From Eubacteriales bacterium (GTDB lineage: Bacteria > Bacillota > Clostridia > Oscillospirales > CAG-272), in contig JAZQEH010000028.1 of the NCBI GenBank assembly GCA_045538895.1, positions 1,882 through 65,881 of the forward strand: 64,000 nt of DNA, written 5' to 3'. The position numbers and the translations under genes were made by a program. The notes under the pieces are model-generated. The model did no database searches and was not told the origin of the DNA. It saw only the letters and a list, made by a program, of their open reading frames with translations. Shown one piece after another: positions 38,784 to 45,770 of this stretch (positions are counted from its first letter, which is position 1; the number at the start of each line of letters is the position of its first letter).

Positions 38784-41429
38784 TTATGAGTTTTCTTCCT
38801 TTTTCTTTCTTTCATACAGGTGAAGCACCATAAGACCTGTAGCCGAAAGTGCGCTGATGCCAAACCACATGTAGGTATCGCCCGTTTTCGGAACGTCCTC
38901 ATCCGGTATATCGGTAAGCGGAACGTCCTCTTCAGGGATTTCTATGAGTTCCACCGCCTTAGTAGTTTCCTCGGGAACAGTGGTAGTTACTTCGGTTTCC
39001 GTAGTTGTTTCCTCGGGGATGGTTGTTGTTTCCTCGATGGTAGTTTCCTCTATTTCTTCGGGAGCAGTTGTTTCTTCGGGGACATACACCGTTGTTTCCT
39101 CGGGGATAGTAGTTGTTTCTTCGGTAACAGTAGTTGTTTCCTCCGGCTCTTCCTTAGGAGCAGTTGTCGTGGTTTGTGCAGTTGTTATGATTCTGCCAAT
39201 GGGCTTCTTTTTGGTGGTTTCCTCAGGAGTTGTTACAGTAGTCTCCTCGGGAGTTGTTACTGTGCTTTCCTCGGGAGTAGTTGCTGTAGTCTCCTCGGGA
39301 GTTGTTGCTGTGGTCTCCTCGGGAGTGATTACTGTAGTCTCCTCGGGAGTTGTTGCAGTGCTTTCCTCGGGAGTTGTTGCTGTGGTCTCCTCGGGAGTTG
39401 TTGCAGTGCTTTCCTCGGGAGTTGTTGCAGTGCTTTCCTCGGGAGTTGTTGCAGTGCTTTCCTCGGGAGTTGTTACTGTGGTTTCCTCGGGAGTTGTTAC
39501 TGTGCTTTCCTCGGGAGTTGTTGCAGTGCTTTCCTCGGGAGTTGTTGCAGTGCTTTCCTCGGGAGTTGTTACTGTGGTTTCCTCGGGGATTCTCTCGTTT
39601 TTAATTCTGCTGACTTCTTTACCGCTGTTGTTTGTCAGTTTAACGGTGCCGTAAGATACAGTTACGCTAAAACTTTCATTTGCAGCGATATATCCCTCGG
39701 GAGCCTCGGTTTCGCTCAACGTATAGGTGTGACCGGACGGAATGTTTTTAAAAGTTACTTTACCGTCATTATCCGAGGTAGCCGTCTTGTTGCCGATAGT
39801 TGCATCGCCGCCGCAAACCGGACATGACTTGCCGCTATGCTTAAGAGTGAACTCTGCACCTGCAAGTGCTTTACCACCCGCATTTGTTTTCTCAAACTCA
39901 AGTGTGCCGAGATATCCCTTTACAGAAGGAATCGGGAAATCAATCTTCTTTTCATTGCTTATACCGTTTTCGGTGCGAATCTGATAGGTCAATGACGTAG
40001 GACCGTTTGTTTTGTATATATCTTCAACCTTGAAACCGCCGTTTTCATTCATCAAACGAACACGGTACTTAAGAGTGTAGGTGTAGGTGGTTACGTTGCT
40101 TTCGGTTTTAACGGTGTAGCCTGACTTTTTCATATCCCAACGGATACTGTCGGTGTTTGCCACGTATTCGGCAGTGTTCTCACCGTTAATTTCTGCAGCA
40201 CCGTTTAATGATGTGCCGGCAGCCTTGCCTTTTTTATTGTAGAAATGAAGGAATTCAATGTTCTCGGTTTTGCCGTCATTCATTGCATCGTTAACTACCC
40301 AGGATGCTTTAACCTCGTTCTGAGTAATCTCACGTATTTCTGCAAAAATGGTATTATATGCTGCGGTCAATCCCTTGGAATCGCTGCTTGAATAATAGTA
40401 GCCCGAACCGATTGTATTGCCAAGCCATTTTTCAAACTGACCGTCTTTAATGATATATCCGTTTTTATAGCAGTCGATTACCGAAAAGCCTGCTTTAACG
40501 TTATTCACGTCCGCTTTCTCATATGCTGCTATCGTCTGTCCCGATACGTCAACACCGATTGAGAAAATTGTGGTGTCCTTTTTAATCTTTGCCGCAAGCT
40601 TCTGTGCCTTATCTGCCGCACGGTCGCTATAGCTTGTGCCGTAGGTACACGGTTTTCCCTTTTTGTCGTTGTTCAGATGACTTCCGTCACCGTCATAAGG
40701 GTTCACGCCAGTGTATCCACTTGAAATATAGGTTGTCGGGAATCCGTCACTCAGGAAAATAATATAACGGTTATCAATCTTTGCCTTGTCGAGCATATCG
40801 TCTGCTCTCTTTAGTCCTGCCTCAATATTGGTGAAGCGGTCTACCGAGCTTGCATAATTCGATGCGTTGATGATTTTGCCCGTCTTGCTCTTCATCTCGG
40901 AAATAAGAGTGCTCGCCTGCTTCGCGGTTGCACAGGTGGACATTGCAAAAACTTCATGTGCATGTGTATTGAATGCCACGAACCCAAGTTTTCTGTCTGC
41001 CGTTGTGCCTTTGGAATAGTTTGCAAACGTATTGATAAAGGTTTCCGCTGCTGACATCGCCGCACTGTAGCGTGAAACGTTGGTTTTGCCGATCATGCTA
41101 TTCATGGTATTGGAAATATCCATTACGATTACAACTGCGATATCCTGTGCCTTGTAGATTTCCTCAACCTTATTTGTTGTAACCACTTCAAGCGTAATAT
41201 CAAAGTAGTTTTCCTTATCGGTTGCGGCTATCGTTTTGCTGACAGAAACACCGTCTTTGTTCAGACCGTTTTGCGGATTAGCTCCGCCCTTTTCAACAAT
41301 CTGTACTGTGTTATCCGCATTTTCAACCGCAATTACACCGATTGAGCTTATGCTCATAACGAGTGCAACTGCAAGCATAAGTGCAAGAACTCTCTTGCCA
41401 AGTCCTATCAAATTAATATTTTTTGCCAT
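38784..41429 (-). CDS. Cell-wall-anchored adhesin: vWFA domain, CnaB/SpaA-type domain, (TTPEESTx)n stalk, VPKTG sorting signal
   Basis: Signal peptide. MIDAS-like VVIVMDISNT. GAEFTLKH...DGKVTFKNIPSGHTYTLSETEAPEGY is CnaB-like. C-terminus is VPKTG (38880-38894), then a hydrophobic helix and KKKEE. Confidence 0.85.
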   Translation of the reverse strand: MAKNINLIGLGKRVLALMLAVALVMSISSIGVIAVENADNTVQIVEKGGANPQNGLNKDGVSVSKTIAATDKENYFDITLEVVTTNKVEEIYKAQDIAVVIVMDISNTMNSMIGKTNVSRYSAAMSAAETFINTFANYSKGTTADRKLGFVAFNTHAHEVFAMSTCATAKQASTLISEMKSKTGKIINASNYASSVDRFTNIEAGLKRADDMLDKAKIDNRYIIFLSDGFPTTYISSGYTGVNPYDGDGSHLNNDKKGKPCTYGTSYSDRAADKAQKLAAKIKKDTTIFSIGVDVSGQTIAAYEKADVNNVKAGFSVIDCYKNGYIIKDGQFEKWLGNTIGSGYYYSSSDSKGLTAAYNTIFAEIREITQNEVKASWVVNDAMNDGKTENIEFLHFYNKKGKAAGTSLNGAAEINGENTAEYVANTDSIRWDMKKSGYTVKTESNVTTYTYTLKYRVRLMNENGGFKVEDIYKTNGPTSLTYQIRTENGISNEKKIDFPIPSVKGYLGTLEFEKTNAGGKALAGAEFTLKHSGKSCPVCGGDATIGNKTATSDNDGKVTFKNIPSGHTYTLSETEAPEGYIAANESFSVTVSYGTVKLTNNSGKEVSRIKNERIPEETTVTTPEESTATTPEESTATTPEESTVTTPEETTVTTPEESTATTPEESTATTPEESTATTPEETTATTPEESTATTPEETTVITPEETTATTPEETTATTPEESTVTTPEETTVTTPEETTKKKPIGRIITTAQTTTTAPKEEPEETTTVTEETTTIPEETTVYVPEETTAPEEIEETTIEETTTIPEETTTETEVTTTVPEETTKAVELIEIPEEDVPLTDIPDEDVPKTGDTYMWFGISALSATGLMVLHLYERKKKEENS
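39214..39588. repeat. 24-bp in-frame tandem repeat (TTPEE[ST]T[AV]), about 16 copies
   Basis: ctcgggagttgttgcagtgctttc-type unit. Within the adhesin CDS. Confidence 0.9.
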
Positions 41430-41461
41430 CGTTTCAATCCTCTTTCTGTAGTATTTTGGGA

Positions 41462-41556
41462 TCGAAATACCGGCGGTCCGGCCGACATAGTTTACAATAA
41501 ACCTTAGTCCCGTGACTTTGCGTCCTGCCCTTTCGGACAGTTTGCCCTTTTCATGT
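41462..41556 (-). promoter_or_regulatory. c-di-GMP-I (GEMM-I) riboswitch aptamer in the adhesin leader
   Basis: Minus strand reads AAAGGGCAAACUGUCCGAAAGGGCAGGACGCAAAGUCACGGGACUAAGGUUUAUUGUAAACUAUGUCGGCCGG. It contains the GGCAAAC block, a GAAA-capped hairpin, the GACGCAAAG junction, and CUAAG/UAUG tetraloop-receptor halves. Confidence 0.8.
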
Positions 41557-41573
41557 ATCTCTGCTTTGCTTTT

Positions 41574-41999
41574 TTAACTCTCAAGCTGCTTGACTCGGTC
41601 ATGCACCAAAGCACTGTCCATTAACGAAACAAGCTCCAGTACACTGCGAAAGCTTTGCTCTGTATTCCCTTCAAGCCAGTTCAAGGAGCCTTGCCAGCTC
41701 GCATTTCGCCTGAAAAGGATTTTTATAGAGAAAGTTGCCGCCCTTCCGCACATCATCCAAAGTCCGTATTCCTCTTTTGGCAAGTCATACGCAGGAGTAT
41801 CAAATCTCCTGATTGCTTCAAATGCCTGCGGAAATCTCAATTCATCAAGCCCACGCTCAATCATAAACAAAAGCTGGGATAAACTTTCAAACGTCTGTAT
41901 TTCCTTTAAATAAAGATTGTACAGCCGCCCTCTGGGTACGCCTTTGGCATAGGAATCTATGCACACTATTGTGGTTCTGTGATTTTCGCCTTTAACCAA
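41574..41999 (-). CDS. 141-aa hypothetical cytoplasmic protein upstream of the riboswitch
   Basis: TTG start preceded by GGTGGA. No motif recognised. An extended -10 (TGGTATACT) lies at 42032-42040 on the minus strand. Confidence 0.5.
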   Translation of the reverse strand: MVKGENHRTTIVCIDSYAKGVPRGRLYNLYLKEIQTFESLSQLLFMIERGLDELRFPQAFEAIRRFDTPAYDLPKEEYGLWMMCGRAATFSIKILFRRNASWQGSLNWLEGNTEQSFRSVLELVSLMDSALVHDRVKQLES

Positions 42000-42127
42000 T
42001 AGATTCCACCGCCTCTCTATCTTGTGTATTCAGTATACCAGAAAGTGGTTACAGTTACGGTTACATTTGCAACCTTTTCTTTCATTTTTTTGAGTTTTTT
42101 TGTAACCGAGGAAAATATACAAAACAC

Positions 42128-42154
42128 GGCATAGCAACTAATGTTGCTATGCCG
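42128..42154. repeat. 27-nt palindromic hairpin, copy 1 (identical copy at 42397-42423)
   Basis: ggcatagcaactaatgttgctatgccg: 11-bp stem with a 4-nt loop. Confidence 0.85.
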
Positions 42155-42273
42155 CAGCCTGATGACTTTGTCATCAGGCTGACCAGATGGTGAGAAACAC
42201 AGGCAGATTTTGGATTTTTGTTTCGTCGACGTACAGGTGTACGGTAGAGGCAAAAATCCCAAAAAGCAAGTAA

Positions 42274-42312
42274 CGGCAAGGGCTTTTTTTATGCCCTTGC
42301 CGCATTTTGTTT
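42274..42312. terminator. Bidirectional stem-loop terminator in the 42.0-42.4 kb spacer
   Basis: 10-bp stem cggcaagggc / gcccttgccg, followed by cattttgttttt on the + strand and ttacttgcttttt on the - strand. Confidence 0.6.
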
Positions 42313-42396
42313 TTAATACAAAGAGGAAAGCTATTTGTTCTTATTCCCTTTGCTCTTATTATTACTTGCGGTCTGACGTGTTTGTCAGCACTCTGA

Positions 42397-42423
42397 GGCA
42401 TAGCAACTAATGTTGCTATGCCG
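42397..42423. repeat. 27-nt palindromic hairpin, copy 2
   Basis: Identical to 42128-42154. It begins 4 nt after the stop of the GGDEF gene. Confidence 0.85.
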
Positions 42424-42427
42424 TATT

Positions 42428-43768
42428 TTAGTCAGATACAAACACAAATCTGTGCTTCCCTGCACGCTTTGCACGGTAAAGTGCGTTGTCAGCCATTTCG
42501 TAAAGTTCCTCAAGAGAAGTTGAATCAACGCCGAAAAGGCTGATGCCTACGCTGCCCGATACCCCCTTAACCGGAAGAGTATCGCACACGCTTTGCATAG
42601 CATCTATCAATGCTTTTGCCTTTTCAGCGATAATCTCCTTGGTAGGTGCATACTTCATAAGCACCAAAAACTCGTCACCGCCGACTCTGCCCACCAAATC
42701 ACTGTCACGGAAGCAGCCGCTTATCCCCTTTGCAAGCTTTGCCAGAAATTTATCGCCTGCAACATGACCGCACGTATCATTAACAAGCTTAAAGTTATCA
42801 ACGTCAATCATAAACAGTGCGTGAACATCCGATGCGCCGCTACCGTCAAAAAAGCGTTTTGCATATCGCATGGTAGCAGAACGGTTAAGAATACCCGTAA
42901 GCTCGTCACGCTCTGCCGCATGCATAAGTCGGTTTTCTTCCTCTTTTTTCTCATTTATATCACGTGAAATGATTACCGCACATAAATGATTGTCAAAAGG
43001 ATTGGTTATAAACTTCATTTCATCGCGAACCCAGCGGTTTTTGCCGTCATTAAAGCGACGCAGATACTCCATTGACAAATCACGTTTTCCGCTTTCGTAT
43101 ACTGCACGAAGCGAAGCCGGTGTAAACGAATGATAAAAGGTATACGTTGGACCTTTTTCATCAACAATACCGTCAGCAGCTTTGGAAACGAATATTTCCA
43201 TATTCTCATGCTCGCTTATGCAAACGCCGTTTACCTCCTGACGGTGCTCGGATATGATTCTCCAATCGACAATATCAATAAGCATTGAAAAATACGTGTC
43301 CTCGGGAAGCGTAAACATGTATGCCATTTCCCTGTCATAATTCTGTGCAGCAATCATATCCGCAGTAATATCACGGCTGAAGCCTGCGATACCGATAATC
43401 CCGCCATTTGAGTCACGCAATATATACTTTGAGGTGGATGCATATCTCGGCTGACCGTTTGCATCATCGGCAAGCGGCTCAATATAATTGAGTTTATCCT
43501 CGCCGAGAGCCATAAGCTTTTTGTCATCCTCTACGTATCGGTGTGCAAGCTCATAGCTGCCCATTATATCAAAATCGGTAAAGCCGACAATTTCATCCAC
43601 GTTGCTTTTTCCAAGCATCTGTGCAAACGGTAAATTTGCTGCGTGATATACCAAATTCTTATCCTTGATAAATATCATATTAGGAGTATTATCAAGTATA
43701 TTCTGAAAAGCGTTCAGCATAAGACGTGCTTGCTCTTCATTTTTAATAATAGCCTCTATATCCTTCAT
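42428..43768 (-). CDS. PAS-domain diguanylate cyclase (GGDEF with I-site)
   Basis: N-terminal PAS-like regions. C-terminus RDSDLVGRVGGDEFLVL has an intact GGDEF plus an RxxD I-site 5 residues upstream. Confidence 0.88.
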   Translation of the reverse strand: MKDIEAIIKNEEQARLMLNAFQNILDNTPNMIFIKDKNLVYHAANLPFAQMLGKSNVDEIVGFTDFDIMGSYELAHRYVEDDKKLMALGEDKLNYIEPLADDANGQPRYASTSKYILRDSNGGIIGIAGFSRDITADMIAAQNYDREMAYMFTLPEDTYFSMLIDIVDWRIISEHRQEVNGVCISEHENMEIFVSKAADGIVDEKGPTYTFYHSFTPASLRAVYESGKRDLSMEYLRRFNDGKNRWVRDEMKFITNPFDNHLCAVIISRDINEKKEEENRLMHAAERDELTGILNRSATMRYAKRFFDGSGASDVHALFMIDVDNFKLVNDTCGHVAGDKFLAKLAKGISGCFRDSDLVGRVGGDEFLVLMKYAPTKEIIAEKAKALIDAMQSVCDTLPVKGVSGSVGISLFGVDSTSLEELYEMADNALYRAKRAGKHRFVFVSD

Positions 43769-43771
43769 AGC

Positions 43772-44824
43772 CTATACCTCTGCATGCGGCTCCATAAACC
43801 CGTCAAGCGAGCTTGCCGCTTTAAAAGCCTCCATAACCTTTGGGTTAAACACACCGCACTCATTATCAAGTATCATTTTCACAGCAGTGTCGTGAGTGTA
43901 TGATTCCTTATATACCCGTTTTGAAGTAAGTGCATCGTATACGTCAGCGACACCTGCAATCTGTGCCCAAATAGGAATATCGTCGCCGGAAAGCCCCTCT
44001 GGATATCCGCCTCCGTCAAAACGCTCATGGTGATAACGGCAAATATCATACGCATATCTGTATATTCCCTTATCAAGCATATCGGGAACTCTCTGCAAAA
44101 GCTCGCTTCCCCGAACAGTATGCTCCTGTATGGTTCTGAACTCCTCTGCGGTAAGCTTGCCCGGTTTATTGAGTATCGTATCGGGAATCGCAATTTTGCC
44201 TATATCGTGCAGTACTGCTGCCGAAGCGATTTTGTCTATCTCGTCAAGAGGTAACCGATACTCAGGGAACATAGAGCATAACTGAAGCATCAATTTTTTG
44301 GTATATGCACATATACGCTTTACATGCTCGCCCGATTCGCAATCTCTGAACTCAATAGCCGTTGCCAGAACGCTGAGCATGCCGTGCATAAGCTCCTGTA
44401 AATGGCTGTTCTGTTCTCTCACGGTGTCCTCGAGCTTGTGTCGGTAGGTGAACAGTTCTATCATGCTATGAACACGGAACTCTAAAAAGTGGTCACGGAA
44501 CGGCTTGCTGATAAGGTCAACCGCACCGAATACGTATCCCCGACGGACAAACTCATCGTCTGCATCCTCTGCCGTAAGAAAAAACGGCAACAATGCAGTC
44601 AATCCGCTTTCTTTTGCCTTGCGTAAAAGCTCAATGCCATCCATATCCGGCAAATGCTCTGCCAACAGTACTGCTGAAATATCTGTTTTTCCCTCAAAAA
44701 GCGAAAGTGCTTCTTTGCCGCAATCGGCAATTATAATACTATACCTTTCGGAAAACAGGCTTGCAAGTTTTTTGCGGTCTGCCGAGTTTGAATTAACAAT
44801 TAGAATCGTCCCCAATTTCTTCAT
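43772..44824 (-). CDS. Atypical receiver domain + HD-GYP c-di-GMP phosphodiesterase
   Basis: LHDIGKIAIPD (HD) and HHERFDGGGYPEGL (GYP). The receiver has LLAEHLPDMDG, with Glu in place of the phospho-Asp. Start set to ATG 44824 after GGAAGGA. Confidence 0.85.
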   Translation of the reverse strand: MKKLGTILIVNSNSADRKKLASLFSERYSIIIADCGKEALSLFEGKTDISAVLLAEHLPDMDGIELLRKAKESGLTALLPFFLTAEDADDEFVRRGYVFGAVDLISKPFRDHFLEFRVHSMIELFTYRHKLEDTVREQNSHLQELMHGMLSVLATAIEFRDCESGEHVKRICAYTKKLMLQLCSMFPEYRLPLDEIDKIASAAVLHDIGKIAIPDTILNKPGKLTAEEFRTIQEHTVRGSELLQRVPDMLDKGIYRYAYDICRYHHERFDGGGYPEGLSGDDIPIWAQIAGVADVYDALTSKRVYKESYTHDTAVKMILDNECGVFNPKVMEAFKAASSLDGFMEPHAEV

Positions 44825-44857
44825 GGTACGCGGTCCTTCCAAGTAATTTCATACTTA

Positions 44858-44886
44858 ATTTTAGCACAAATACAAACCGCAGTCAA
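44858..44886 (-). promoter_or_regulatory. Sigma-A promoter of the HD-GYP/GGDEF operon
   Basis: Minus strand reads TTGACT-17 nt-TAAAAT, directly after the upstream terminator U-tract. Confidence 0.6.
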
Positions 44887-44920
44887 CAAAAAAGGGTTAA
44901 AGCATACGCTTTAACCCTTT
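44885..44920 (-). terminator. Rho-independent terminator after the 256-aa lipoprotein gene
   Basis: 14-bp stem aaaagggttaaagc / gctttaaccctttt followed by a T-run on the minus strand. Confidence 0.75.
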
Positions 44921-44924
44921 TAAA

Positions 44925-45695
44925 TTACTGTGCTGCCGCTACTGCAGTGATGTGAGTGTTAACACCCTCGTACCAGTAAATAAAGCCTGTTACGTCAACA
45001 ACGTCGCCTGCCTTAAGTGCAGAAACTGCTGCGTAAACTTCGGTTTCGGGACCGGTGAGGTAACGCTCTACGCAGAAGGAGTAAGAAGCTCCGCCAAGAC
45101 CGAGAGTAACATAAATGTCATCGCCGGGCTCGCCGTTCTTGAACTCGATTGCTTCAACAGTCATGCCCTTGAAAACAGCAAGCTTGTTCTGGTGGTTGAT
45201 AAGCTCCTCGGTGCCGAGAAGTGCGGTTGCATCCATAGGCTCTGCAATAAAGGTATCTGCACCTTCAACAAACTCGAAAGTAGCGTCCATAACCTCAACT
45301 TCGCCTGCCCATGCACCCTTGTAACCGGTTACTCTGATTTTAGTACCGGGAACAAGCTTTGCAGCATCTTCTTCGGAACATGCCATTTCATAGAGGAAAT
45401 AAGCACCGTCTGCATCCTGTGCATAAACGGTAATCTTGTTGTCCCACCAGCTTTGGGTTGCCTGAACGTAAGCCTCGATAACAACCTCGGCATCCATCTC
45501 TGCCGCTGCATATTCAGCATAGGTCATTACCTTTGCAGTAACCTCTTCGGTAACTACTGCTTCGGTGGTAACAGCCTCGGTTACAACTGCTTCAGTAGTA
45601 GTAACTGCTTCGGTTGTTTCAACAACTTCTGCTTCGCATGCTGCAAAAGCAAATACAAGTGTAAGTGCCATAAGCATTGCAATAATCTTTTTCAT
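44925..45695 (-). CDS. Hypothetical lipoprotein with Thr/Glu/Val-rich linker
   Basis: Lipobox FAFAAC. Linker TTEAVTTTEAVVTEAVTTEAVVTEE. SD AAGGAG. Own promoter TTGACT-16 nt-TATAAT at 45734-45761 (minus strand). Confidence 0.7.
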   Translation of the reverse strand: MKKIIAMLMALTLVFAFAACEAEVVETTEAVTTTEAVVTEAVTTEAVVTEEVTAKVMTYAEYAAAEMDAEVVIEAYVQATQSWWDNKITVYAQDADGAYFLYEMACSEEDAAKLVPGTKIRVTGYKGAWAGEVEVMDATFEFVEGADTFIAEPMDATALLGTEELINHQNKLAVFKGMTVEAIEFKNGEPGDDIYVTLGLGGASYSFCVERYLTGPETEVYAAVSALKAGDVVDVTGFIYWYEGVNTHITAVAAAQ

Positions 45696-45770
45696 TTTTC
45701 TAAATCTCCTTATGTAAAAATTACATTGTAATTATTATACAACTTTTAACGGTCAAGTCAAGTACTAATG

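Noticed and set aside
42017-42410. Small ORFs (61-81 aa) in the 42.0-42.4 kb spacer
   Set aside because: They overlap mutually on both strands, lack SD sequences, are built largely from hairpin arms and terminator sequence, and have implausible composition. The region is treated as non-coding.
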